A stretch of DNA of 64,000 nucleotides from positions 67,536 through 131,535 of the forward strand of contig JAQGDQ010000601.1 in assembly GCA_030141605.1 (NCBI GenBank), in the 5' to 3' direction. Shown piece by piece: positions 27,007 to 40,029 of the stretch. Numbering within the stretch: the first letter of the stretch is position 1; the number at the start of each line of letters is the position of its first letter. The notes under the pieces are model-generated. The model saw nothing but the letters and a program-made list of their open reading frames with translations, ran no database searches and was not told where the DNA came from. Position numbers and translations under genes: made by a program. Origin of the DNA: Tubiluchus corallicola. Its lineage: Eukaryota > Animalia > Priapulida.

Positions 27007-30000
27007 TTAAAGCGCCTGTTGTGCAGTGCTGGTTTCTTCTAACATCTTTTCCATGTCTTTTAGCGGGTATCTGTTATCTGACGGCTGCAAGTTAAACTTC
27101 TCCACCAAAATGTTCATCACGTTTGGAGTGATGAAAGCTGGCATCTTGGGACCAAGCCGGATGTTCTTGATGCCCAAATGTAACAACGTGAGCAGGACAG
27201 CAACCGCCTTCTGCTCAAACCAGGACACAGCTAATGATAGAGGTAAAGAGTTCACGTCTGTCTTCATTGCATCAGCAAGAGCAGAAGCGACAGCCACAGC
27301 TCCATAGGCGTCATTACACTGACCAAGGTCCAGCAGACGTGGTATACCTGTGTTTCCTAACGTACCAAGTTCCTGTCGATTGAACCTAAATTAATTCAAA
27401 AATGTTCAGCAGGTAGGAAAAATACTAGTGCCGGTTCAATGTTCAAGAATATTCAAATACGTTAATGGACTTCTGGAGAAAAGGCAGGTAAAGAAAAAAT
27501 TAAAAATTCCAAGTAAACATCTATCAATTTCATTAAGTGGGAACTAATTAAAGTCTTAAGAAGTTATGGGCTTACCTCGAAAACTACTTATATAATTCAC
27601 ATATTCAACTGATTTGTTTTTTCCTTTTTTATTACAGTAAGTTTTCCTGCCAATTCATTCATTTTAGTTTACTGCATTCTCACGTCATAGAATGTATTGG
27701 AGTAGACCTAGTGTATCATTAAAGTGGTCCTCTGTCCGTCATAATTTCTTAGTCTCTGCTGTCTTTGGAAAAATTTCTAATTTTCGTTGTTACTTGACAG
27801 TTTATATTGATCTGCACCTCGTCATTTCAGCTGACAGGTGTGTTGCTTCAGTGGCTTATCTTGGATAGGCATTCTTGATAATGAACCATGCTCTAGTCAC
27901 GCCACAAACATTTCTTCGAGCATGCTATTCTAGGCCCAGTTTCACAAACCGTCACTAACTTAACGACATTGTTATTAATAGTTAAGTGAATGTAATGACG
28001 ACAACATCATTAAGTTAGTGCCTTCTTTGTGAAATCGGCCCCAGGCCTGCAGTATTCTGTTTCTTGAAACTGTGATGTTTTTTACAGTCTACTTTTCTGT
28101 GTCCTGAGCTTATTAAATTATTGTTAATAAAGTAAAGTTTTGCTTTGTTTTTTGAATATAACTATAACAAACTTCATAGTTTCTACCACGTTACAACTTG
28201 AAAATACGTACTGCCAAACTTGAAACAGTTGGAGTTTTAAAAGGAATTATTAAGGTATTAATATTCGGTCAGAAGCGATTATTGGTCATTTCAAATAACT
28301 AAACCTGTATTTTGCACATCCCATTGTCAAAACTATGGTGTCATCTGGCAAACCATCAACGAGCTTCGTGTAGTAACTTCTTCTATTTTCAGGACCATCA
28401 CAACCCCCGACAACAAATATCCTCTTTAGTGTACCTTGCTGGACTGCTTCAATGACCTACAAAAAAATGCATTTATTCGCCGTTTTTTGTTGTTATGAAT
28501 TGTCGCATATGCCTGTGAAAGCCCGTGATCGATCCCGATCAAACTCAACGATCGTCAGTTTTGTTAAAAAAATGATCAACCTTTAGGTCAGTTTAACAAA
28601 AACAGCAATTAACAAAAATAATTTCTTACACAAGGTAGTATTGCAGAGTAGTACTATATTTTTCAAAAATGTAGAGCTTATAGCTATATTAACAGGAAGT
28701 TACTTAAAATAGTGCATTTTTTTTAAAAATAAATAATTTGTTTAAAGATTTAATAAAATCATTAAAATTCGTTAAAAATATCAAGTTATTCGATTCATTC
28801 ATGGTATAATTAGCAAATTTTTGATAAATTAAGTCACTGTGATGTAAAGTGTTAGAGAGAGGAATTCGGAAACGCGCCCAGCTTATTCAGGTATACGGCC
28901 ATTACTGTCCACTCGGTGTAGACACATCAAAAGAAGGAAGTTAGAAGGAAAAATGCGGGGCAAAGATACAAAAACCTTCGCAGGACTTCCACAACACTCT
29001 TCTTGCTGACTTGATACAGGATTTGTATCACAGTTATAGCAGTAGTTGTTATGTAGTTATAATAAAACTGTTATACGATCACAGTGTTTAAGGCCCGTAC
29101 CTGTTTATGTACGCTGCTAATTATCAATGCCTTATTGGACATAATTATACAAGCACCATAATTACCATAATATACAAGCAGGTTTAGTGGATGAATAACA
29201 TCAGTGAGGCAAGAGGGTAAAAAATTAATATTGTTTTACCCTAATATAGTGGACCCCTGCAAAACGTCAACCTGGTTGCATCCGGCAAACTACATAATGA
29301 GATCTGAACGTGTAATAATACTTTCACCTGTTCTGCTTTTGAAGCAATGACATCGTGGCCAAATCCTACAGCCATAGTCTTTTCTTCCCCAGTTGGAATG
29401 CACTGCTCTTGTGTAAATCCAGGCGTGTTTCTTGCTGATTCCAATAACACCTCCATATCTTCCTTTTTGTGGAGGTTCAAATGAGTACAGCCTGTAAAAT
29501 TAGGCAGACAGGTAGTTATCTATAAACCTATCAAATACATTCACATAATACACATCTTTAATAAACAAGTACAAAAATTCTACTTCAATGATGTAAAGAA
29601 TTGCTAGATGTCTAAGAACTTTGGCGCATGATTAATTTTTTAGTATTACCTGGCCATCCAACATCACCAACAGTGAAAAGTCTGTCTTTATAGGATTTCA
29701 TAGGTTCAACCAAACAATTGGTAGTCACAACAATTGGTCCTGGGAAGTGTGGGAATTCATATTTTTGGATGTACCATGCACCGCCGTAATTTCCAACCAA
29801 GTGCTAATTAAACAAAACAAGACATACGCTGTATAATTAATGTCATTAATACTACTAGCGCAAAATTCCCACATGACTATGCTACTAACTACCAACAGCC
29901 AAAAGCCAAAGATCCATCTCACGACTATTAAAGCACATATATATAACCAAAAGCTTTATATTCAATGTGCAGTCGTCAAAAGCTATTGATCTGTACTGTT

Positions 30001-33000
30001 AAAACAACATGCCATATTGCATATACAATTAATGTCACTTGTTATAACAATGAAAATGAAAAGCTCAAAACTGAAAATCATTAGGGCTACAGATTAGTAT
30101 CAATGATTTTGACAACGTCTGGGAGCATAAACATACAGGTCTATATAGCACTGTCCGGTAACATTAAGCTGAAAATGTACACTACCAGATGCACGATAAC
30201 AAAATGTTTGACCCACTACTAGACCCACATGCCACAAATGCTACGGATCTACACACTATGAATGCCCGATATACAAAAGCTGTGGCCCTAAACTACAAAC
30301 GTGATGTCTTTCTAGCTACAGCCTACGTATTTGTACTACTAATGCACAGCAGTCAAAACTACAGAGCCGTACTACTATTGCTTGCTAATCAAAAGCTATA
30401 TAACAAACGCTATAATATATAATTATATATTATAATATATAATTATATATTATAGTCAAAAGTTCAAGTGAACAGCTGAGTGGTGAAGATTTTTGCTCTG
30501 CAGCCGAAGTTATGCAACACTGAGAATGATCAGTGAATAGCGATTATCATTAAATTTTTGATTATCATTAACATTATCAATATGCATTTTGAGTGTGTTA
30601 ATTTAGTATACTGGTTCTGCATATTTATTTCATTGAAAGAGGATCTATTTATATATGAACATGCTAAGGCACCTCTGCTGGTTCAGTAACTCATCTAGAG
30701 GATAAGCCTTTTAAAGACTTTGTTATTGGATTCCAGCTTGCAGTGTCCCAAATTGTATGAAAAACAAACATACTTCTATAGCCAAATGAAACAAAATGAG
30801 CCTTTCTGACATATCATTTCTGACCAAAACTTATCATCTTCCTGCAGTTGAATTTTTACATGTGCTGAAAGTCTAGCGGGCAGCTCAAACTAAAAAAACC
30901 TGTTTTAGTCATAAACAAACCTGATGCCACGCCTTGCATCTTTTATTTGTAGTATGTACTAGTGCTCAGTAATCGTTTTCTTAACTGAAGAAAACGTGCT
31001 TAAAGAATTTTTATTAATTCACCTTGTATTTGCGAACTTCTGGATACCCATGACCTGGTAGTAATTCACCGTGCGTGTAAACATTAATACCTGTACCTTC
31101 GGTTGCTTTCAGGATTTCCAACAAGTCGCCTACATCGTGTCCAGAAACTAAAATAGCCTGAAATTTACATACACAACTTGAGCATGTCATTATTAGTTCT
31201 ATAATATACATGCTACACTTACTTAAGCACCTTATATTGCTAGAAAAAGAATAGAAAAACGAAAGACGAGAAACGTATGATGATGATGATGACGACCAAG
31301 ATGATTATGATGATGAAGATGATGATCCAAAAGAAATAATCTTGCTAGACATCATCTAAAATCATTGCAAAATACACTGCTGTCTGGTAGGTTAACCATT
31401 ATACCTTTCCTGGCATTGGTGTAGTGGATACTTCGTGTGGCGTTGGAACACCAAATCTGTCACAATGGCCTTTATCCAGCAATTCCATGCCTTTCAGGTT
31501 GGCTTTTCCCACGCCTAGCGCCAGCTCTAAGTTTTTAGGCAAATCCATCCTTTCCTCATCAGGGGCAGTTTCTAGAAAGTCGAGGGCCTGAAATTCAGAA
31601 AACCCTTATAGAGTCCAGGTTGGTCCAGAAGGTCGAGGGTCGGAGCGTCCAGATTCGGCGAGATTTGTCTAGAATGTGCAAAATCTTAGATAACCCCCAA
31701 CTGAAGCCACATACTTATGTGTTATACAAATTGACGGAGGTATGGCCTACTGTATGTATTTAATAGGTATTGCGTCTCTTTTACCTCAAATGTGAACTCA
31801 GCTATTTCCCTGCAACCCTTTCCCAGGAGCACAGCATGGCGAGCGTATGAAGCCATACCTTTCAAACCAAACACTACCATCTGACGAACACCATTGACGT
31901 CCTTGCCAAAGATCTTGTCCTCTTCTTTGTAATTCACCTTTCTTCCTAACAAGTCAAACACGATGGTATGACGTAATAATTTAACGAAATTTAGTTAATT
32001 CGTGTTTGATAATTGATTATAATCAATATTGTTAAGCACAAAAGCTTATTACGATCAAGCACAACAGATTGGTTTTTCCATCTGATGTTTTTTGTCTGAA
32101 TCTACAAAGGCCGGTATTTTATTTATTCCAGGTACTTTACCTTCAGCTTCAAGTGTTTCTATATCAAAAGCAGGAGGAATGTAGGTGGCAGGACCTTCTG
32201 TAAACACTTCTGGTTTTATCTCTTTTTCCTGTATAATAATTCAAACTTTCATGGAAAAAATTAATAGTAACAAGACTAGCTGGTAAATAATCGGGAAACT
32301 TAAAAAAGCAACCTAATTATAGTAGGGGTCAAAATCACTTAAGCAAGTTACAGCTCGCTTCAATTGTTCATTAATTCCTTGGTTTGTTCGTTTATTCATT
32401 CGTTCGTTCGTTCACTCATTCATTTATTCATTCACTATACCATTCATTTTCTGTCATTATTTTGTTCTCTTCATAGTGATTGACCCATTTATAACCCGAT
32501 CAATTAGAATTCAGTAAAAAAAATTGAAAATTTTTTTCTCAACGAAATAAACATGAATCTCTATGTTACACTGACGGCAGCATTTTCACTGTTGTTGCTT
32601 ACATAGTCCATACCTTACACATTTTTTCATACAATTCCTTCATTCGATCTCGATATTCCAGTGTTTGCTTTATATAGATCGGAAAGCGGTCGTGGTCGAA
32701 GTTAACGTTAGTTAGTGTGCTACAAGTAAATAAAACTTTGTAAACACAATAGCATAACTTGTCAAAACACTGAGCCGAATACGCTGTCAATAGACTGTAC
32801 TGTAGGCCAATACAGCGTGCAGACCTATCACTGTGAATCTCTAACCAATGTTTGAGTGCAAAAGTGTCTTTTAGATCTGTGTGCAACTTTCCGGGTGTTG
32901 CTTCTTGTGCACGTGAAATTATCAATGCCTGTAAATGCTTTTTTACCACTAACCTAAACAGAGAAGAGAACGTATGGTCATAGACTTCAGCATCAATCGC

Positions 33001-35057
33001 AGCTCCAAGTTTTGTGGCTCTATGTCCGTACATTGCAACGCCGCGGAGAATGTAGCACAGCAGATCTTGCAGGTGCGCCACTTCTGCCGTCTTTCCACAC
33101 ACCCCGATTGTGACGCAACCAGTCCTATTTTTCGTCTGCTCGCATTGGAAACAGAACATGTCTATAAAAAAAGCCGCATATTTGTAGGTTTTAATCGAAC
33201 ACGCATAACCTTCTCGCAATAGGAATATTATTATTTAATTCAAATAAACTTTAGTAAATAAGATTTTATTTTCTTTACTGATGTTGATGTTTACTTTGTT
33301 GATATTGAAAAAATACAAATTTGGCGCTTTTAAGTCCCGCATCGTCAGTAGACAGGAATATTTAGTTTACTGTCAATGCGTGCCCGAGCGCTTAAATTAT
33401 CTTACATCTGTCTGGAAAAAAACATACACATTTACACGCCTGAAGATAGGTGGGCAAATATGCACGCGTCCTGTCGCAACATAGTGATTGCAAATCTAAA
33501 TAGGTTAAGGTAACAATTAATCATTAATGTAAGCAATGCCCTCCACTATTGCAAGTTAATTTGATTTCTCCAAAGTGATTCTGTCTGAAAGGAAAGTGAC
33601 ATACTGAAAAAATTTGTTCCATTGTTAGGCTTAAATGGGAAGTTACTTATAGTACTACATACTTACATAATTACACAGCGAATTAATGACTGTGATCAGT
33701 CCGGTCTTAAAGTCAGTTGGGTGGTCTACTTTTGCATGGTGAATGAGGCATCTCTATGAGATGTTAGAGAATTCAGTTTGGTAGACAAGGTGAAGGAGAG
33801 GAGGTGGCTTCTCCTATTGCAAAGTTGTAGGCCCAGGCTTTTTTGGTAGTAACGTGACCCGCATGGAATATGCCACGGAGGCTTACAATCCACAGTCAAC
33901 ATTGGCATGGTAGAACATTCGTTTTTGAAATAGAGCTCAAGCTGTTTGAGAAGAGGTCAGACTTTTTCGGAATAAAAAGAAGTACTGCACATACCATTAG
34001 ACACATTGGGCATTGGAGGACAGCTATAAGCCACGTGATTACGTGCACCAAAAACAGAACAATAAACTCTTTTGACTATCACTCAAACTAACTTAGAATG
34101 AACCTGGTACTGACACTTGGCCGGGCCTCAACTGTTAGTGGAATTTAATGGCCACCTTGCAATCTCGCAATACATCTACACACAACCATTTGGGCCTGGA
34201 ACACCTCGGAAAACCTTGAATCGGAATTTCTGAAAATTATCATGTGTAGAATTTCCTGTGAATAAACGACAGGCCTATACTGGAAATGTCTGTTCATTCA
34301 GTTGGATAGTTAATTTTGTTTCATTTTTCTGTTTACCATTTTTGATGGACAATACTGTAGTTCTTTTTTTACTTTTTCAAATAAAGACAGATTTTAATTT
34401 ATTCATGTTAAATGAATGTGTGAATTTATGCAAATTTTTCATGAAAATACAAATAGTCTAAAAAATGAAACAAATGATAAAAATCGTGTAGTCAATATTT
34501 AAATCGAATGATTTTTATACAGTACAGCCATACAGTTCTGAAAAAGTTCATAAAGCATTAAACCCGAATGAAATACTGTCACGTTTGAACGAAAGCGACA
34601 GTGCAGCTGAAGTTGCTGAACGAATGCAAGATTCATAATCTTAATAATTTTTAGACGTTCTCTGGCTTAGTTTTTTATTCATTGCACCAAAGTATCACCT
34701 GTGAAGACTTTAGTAAAATGTAGAAAGTTTAGCGTTGAAAATTAAAAAAACTAAGACAATTTCACTTCTGAATTGAATGCAACGCATTAATCATTCCTTA
34801 TCTTAAAAACCTTAAATTACTATTAACTTAAGCACTTGTTAGATTTTAATAATTTTATTTAAAAATTATAATTTGATGCGAAACTCACCCTCTTCTGCAA
34901 GCACTTTTGCCTTGGTTGCCAGGCTCCTCTTTTGGTTTGCCGAAGATTTGACGATCGCGGACATCGGTCGAACAATCCGGACAAAATCTGTCTGATTACG
35001 GAACAGCTGATGTGTTGCCAAACGACGTAATGCCGTGCGTGCTAACGGAGCAGCCAT
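27007..35057 (-). CDS. hcp: Hybrid cluster protein (HCP; prismane; hydroxylamine/nitric-oxide reductase), class I-type, with a predicted mitochondrial presequence; 11 exons, 632 aa
   Basis: Exons 35057-34889, 33161-32954, 32719-32614, 32228-32141, 31945-31785, 31587-31405, 31157-31023, 29803-29650, 29491-29328, 28456-28305 and 27385-27007 are all GT-AG, phase-compatible and total 1899 nt. Motifs: [23 protein letters not shown] (C-x2-C-x8-C-x5-C cubane site), [69 protein letters not shown]. Confidence 0.95.
27933..28042. mobile_element. Short PIF/Harbinger-like MITE in hcp intron 10
   Basis: Inverted ends GGCCCAGTTTCACAAAC...CACTAACTTAA / TTAAGTTAGTG...TTTGTGAAATCGGCCC. Confidence 0.65.
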
Positions 35058-35609
35058 TGTTTCAGAAAACTTTCAAAACTGCGACTTACGTATGGAAGAG
35101 TTATTTATTCTCAGCTCAAGCCTTCACTGAGACTGTAAGCTGACTAAACAGAATCTAGCGCTGATTATCAGCTTGCTTGGTGTTTGATTATTTACAGGAA
35201 CTCGTCTTAGCTAATAGTGACGAAAGTTTCCCCAGGTCAAGGCCTTGCAGGGAACTATAATAACCCACGTGTGCTACGTACCAGCTTATGCCAACAAAAA
35301 CTGTACTGCTTTCACAACATTTCACAACATGTGTCAGAAAGAATCAGAAAACATTTAAAATACATGTACTTTAACGTTAAAAAACTGATCTGAGAAACGC
35401 TGATAATTTACTGCCGTTAGTTTAATAATAATTTTCGTTGATGGCAGCCATGCTGAAATATATACTAGTAGGTAGTCTATTGTAGTGCTGATAGTTATAA
35501 CATGGGGTGATAGTAAGCAGTATGAATTGAAAGAAGTACGGATATGTAAGTCTATAGTCGATTGTCGGTTTTGATATTTTTTACCGCACTGAAAGAGCGT
35601 TCACCGAAA

Positions 35610-35693
35610 AAATGCTACCTCGGCGCGAGGCCCCCTGGAGGGTGAGGCCCCGGGGAAGTATCTCCACTTCCCCCCCTCCTGAAATAGGCCCTG
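35610..35693 (-). mobile_element. Partial copy of the hAT MITE found at 43238-43502
   Basis: Reverse-complement match to the left arm of that element, ending in the TIR TGAAATAGGCCCTG. Confidence 0.75.
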
Positions 35694-36472
35694 TGTCTGT
35701 GGTTATATGCCTATGTTTCTCTAAAGGTATATCAGTACGATATAATATTTCATTTCCTTGACTATCACTGTATTGATGGGTTTCACCAATAGCCAGTACA
35801 GTGCATCAAGCACAGTATGCTTTTCACATGTCAGCGGGTATCAAGTTGACAGTCACGTGAAAAGCATAAATGCAGTTATCTACCACACTATCTAAGACAC
35901 TGCAATGCATTTTTAGAGAAAATAGCGCACAGTGTCATGACCGCTGACACAACTATGTTACGCACACAAATATACTAATAGATTAGCCTGTAACTCTAGA
36001 CAAATAATGTACGATAAGATGGTTTATAAATTATGGGATCGTAATGATGCACCGGTAATTCATTAACCTGATTGTTTGTTTAACGGAGGTTGACGGTCAT
36101 AGATTTAAATGCCACGCGTGCGCATATAATTCTTTGCGCAAATTCCAATCTATAATTTCAGCTTATCTTAAGTCGTAAGAGTGTGATCGATTTTTTTAGG
36201 TAGTCAACTCTTTGCAAACAGCAACAATTACTGTAAAAAGACGTTTTGTGAAGTTGTGATGAGGCGTAGCATCAGGGTCCAAAGGTGTCGGGTTAGTAGA
36301 CCAACCTACTCGCAGTGAACCACCGGCAAAAGAACACAGTTTTAAATGTTTTTAAACGGAAACAGCAAATACTCTCTTAAATGATAGCAAGAACAGGAAA
36401 ATTAAGGATAATATCTTTACATTAGGTCTGTAGGTAGCTACTAATAATCACTTTAATCAGCGCCACGACAAT

Positions 36473-37623
36473 CAGGGGCGTCGTGCACCAAAAAAAATTA
36501 GCTGGGCCCGACTGTATATAATACCGGAACTTAAGTGTTTAAAAACGTATAATTTTGAATTCCCACACCAGTTTTTTGCGTGCAAGAAAAACGATTTATA
36601 TAAATAAATCGTTATTCCCAACTGGCATTTAATTTAAAGCTATAGCTACAGAAATTTAATTAAAATTAAAAATTAATTTAAAATTAAAATTTAATTAAGT
36701 ATTTATTAGCTGTCAGGAATCCAAAGATGACGACTACCAAAACATATGTACCTTTAATTTAATATTTTTAACAATTACTAAACTTTTTATTCCGAGGCAA
36801 AATGAAGATATTGAACAAACAACAAACGTTATTTTTAAATGATTCAGCAACACAGTCAAAGCCAACAACATAACATGAATACGTTACAGGATGACTATAG
36901 GGGTATAGTAGAAAAGCAATGACAGGTATTACAGTTTACACCAAGATAAAACAAAGAGGTTAAAGCGTAAAAAGCGATATACAGCGACACATATGAATTA
37001 ATGCACTAAAAATTTGTACTAACGACGCAGAACATCATTCCAGAAGAACTCAACCACAGACTTCTTTGCTTTCTCAGCCTCAACTGCAAGGATCATCAGG
37101 TCACTCAGTCGTGACTGACTCATTGTACTGCGGAGAGCATTCTTGACAAATTTAAGAGCAGAAAAGGATCTCTCACAAGAGCAAGACGTAACGGACAGAG
37201 TCAGAATCAACTGGTATGCGATGAAGATCATTGGGTAAAGTTTGTCCAGTCCAGAAGAAGTCATATAACAGTATACTGAGTGAATACAGTTTGTGTTGAC
37301 ATGTTCAGGAACAGTCTGCAGCCACAGCACGAGTGAACAAGCGGTACTCCAACTCGAGGATTTCTTCATCGAGATCAGCCATGTAGAAGGTGCAAAGAAT
37401 CTTGACTTTCTCCATCTTGACATTAGATTCAATCAATAATCATACCTATGTGTATGTATATAATCGCATATCATGCAACAGTGGGAGCTTTCACCGTTCC
37501 TCAAAATTTCACACCTTACTGGTCTCATTGCAAGCCGCCGAAACCCTTAAAATTTTTGACATTTTGTAAACAATCGGGGGGCCCAGGCCTCCCCCCCCGG
37601 GCCCCTATAGCACGACGCCACTG
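36473..37623 (-). mobile_element. Internally deleted hAT transposon retaining the dimerisation-domain ORF (37019-37432)
   Basis: TIRs CAGGGGCGTCGTGC / GCACGACGCCACTG; perfect 8-bp TSD ACGACAAT (36465-36472 and 37624-37631). The ORF has LTLSVTSCSCERSFSALKFVKNALRSTMSQSRLSDLMIL. Confidence 0.92.
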
Positions 37624-38219
37624 ACGACAATGTTAACCATTAAACAAGTCAGTATTTTCGGTGTTATCAGCAGAGATTTAAAAATACAAAGGTGCAAAAA
37701 TTTAGTAGCATTTTTAACAAAAAATGTTCGATAAAAGCACAGAGTTTGTTGAATTGGAAAAAGCTAAAGTCGTGAACTGTTGACACTGTAACAAGTTCTT
37801 TGCGTTTCAAACCTTTTTTACAGAATTCGAAGTTTTCCTCGTCTTGCTAACAGCAAAATACAATTTTGTTGCATTGCATTGACCACTGACTGCAATTAGT
37901 TTTTCTAATACATCTTTAGCTTTAAATGAAATATGCTGCATATTACTATACAAATAATTTTTAACTACAAATATTTGTCACAGAGTCCCGGGAATCATGA
38001 ATTCAAATCTGCCGCTAAGCATTTCTTTTGCAATATTGCTAACTAGTTCATTTCAGTTCCTACAATCTGCGAAAACTTACATATAGACATAGACATATAC
38101 ATATTCTTAGATATCTTTATTGGTCATATATAATGCACATGGTAAACGTGATATTTGTCATTTCAGCTTTAGCTTTCCAATTTCGCAACTGCAAATTAAA
38201 TTCAATTGTATATATAAAT

Positions 38220-38748
38220 CTATAATTCAGAACTCTGTTACCCGTCTCATTACGAAAGCTAGAAAATATGATCATATTACACCCATTCTAAAAGAATTAC
38301 ATTGCTTACCGATAAAGTTCCGAATTCAATTTAAAATTCTTTTTGTCACCTACAAAATACTGCTTGGTTTGGCACCTGTATACCTTACTGATCTTTTAAT
38401 ACGCTGTAACATAGGAAGAACACTTCGTTCTAATGCTAATGAACAAATTCATTTACATCAACGAATCACTAATACAGTATTCAATGGTGAAAAAGCTTTT
38501 TCTGTCCGTGCCCGCATCCCTGGAATAACTTACCTGTTGCTGTACGTTCTGCAAATTCATTAGAATGTTTTAAACAACATCTTAAAACACATTTGTTTAA
38601 ACTGTACTTTTTATGTTGAGTTAATTTTAATTTAAATTTCTTTTAAAATTTAAGTTTTCAATGAATTTTAAATTTATTTTATTGTTCAGCGTGCTGAGAT
38701 TTTAAATGATGTAGTGCGCTATATAAATAAATTTTACATTACATTACA
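38220..38748 (+). mobile_element. 5'-truncated L2/Crack-type LINE 3' end
   Basis: IQNSVTRLITKARKYDHITPILKELHCLPIKFRIQFKIL is the typical post-RT C-terminal motif; the element ends AATAAA plus a (TTACA)n tail. Confidence 0.85.
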
Positions 38749-39577
38749 ATTAAAATAAAGCTTAAATTGAAAAGTGTTTAGAGTTTAGCTACTATTTAAT
38801 GCTTTGATTGAAGTGGGAATAAATGATAATATAAAGCTATTTGTTCTTGAAACGGGTACATTAAATGTTAAATATTAATCTGACTTTGTTTGCCAGAAAC
38901 TTAAATTCTTTATGTAAAGGAAGATGAAAGTTGTCTGCCATAAATTTTCTTTAACATCTTCAATAATATAGGTACTGTTGTTTTACATGAGATTAAACTT
39001 GAATCATTTATATATTGTTAACTCGTGTTTTAACCAGAAATTACAAATTAACCATTTGATGCTTGTGATCACTAGAAGCAACGCCTCGAACCGCCCAACC
39101 TCGTTAGGTTATTTTTTCTTTTTTTTTGTAGTTATGTGCTAAATTTTGGAGCGTTATATACGTGACAACATTTATATAGAGTGAAAGTAAAGTTAGTGGC
39201 TGAGTTATTAATTAGGTGAGAGTCAGTACTTTAATTTGCGTTTGGCTGTCTATCTGTACTTTACCTAATGTTAGTAGTTGTGTCAAATTTAGTCTGAAGT
39301 AATAAATGTATTCGCTCGAAAGAATGTGATTACAATAGGCTATATTTTAGTCTGGGCACCTTTTAATCAAATAGTTGTGCTTTTTTCCAACTACCAGTCG
39401 TACGAATAAGGTACGTATTTTATTAACCGCAAAACCAGTATTTAATCAGCAACTCAAAGACGTAAGCCTTGTGAATTTTTTCATATAAGAACATATTAAT
39501 CAATATTATTTTCACAAATTTACTATTTTACTTGACAGTATACTTTCTAGTTCTTACAGATGGTCACTATGCAGATT

Positions 39578-39760
39578 AAAGAGGCGTCTACGTAGCATCG
39601 CGATGCGTATGCGTTTGGCAGGGGCGGAATAGATAAAATCGGTTTATATTGTTTTCAATGCACTAATTTATGCAGCCTGTGTTATGCGTTATTCTTTTTC
39701 TGCAGCTATTCCGCAGGTGGAAGGGCATACGCGTCCGGATGCTACGTAAACACCACTTTA
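39578..39760. mobile_element. Harbinger-like MITE
   Basis: ~50-bp imperfect TIRs: AGAGGCGTCTACGTAGCATC...GCGGAATAG / CTATTCCGC...GATGCTACGTAAACACCACT; TAA/TTA flanks. Confidence 0.7.
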
Positions 39761-40029
39761 CAATTAAACTTTTATGACAATTACTAAGGCATCACATAAT
39801 TAAATTAAAACACATAGCCGATACATACATAACTCACATCTAAACATTATTTCAGAACGAGGGGAATCTGTACTGTGGGTATTCAAGTGCGACGAAAACA
39901 ACCATATTTCTGGTAGTTTGCGAAATGAATTAAATAGTGAACAATTTAATTTACAGCCGTGCATATTTGTGCATTCAATATATGGGAACACAGAGTTACA
40001 TGAGCACAAACGTATAATCATCACAACCC

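Noticed and set aside
27007-27030. Peroxisomal PTS1 at the HCP C-terminus
   Set aside because: It ends in QAL, which does not fit the SKL-type consensus.
27007-35057. hcp as bacterial contamination or a symbiont contig
   Set aside because: It has ten phase-consistent spliceosomal introns containing animal-type repeats, a presequence exon, and continuity with Gemin5.
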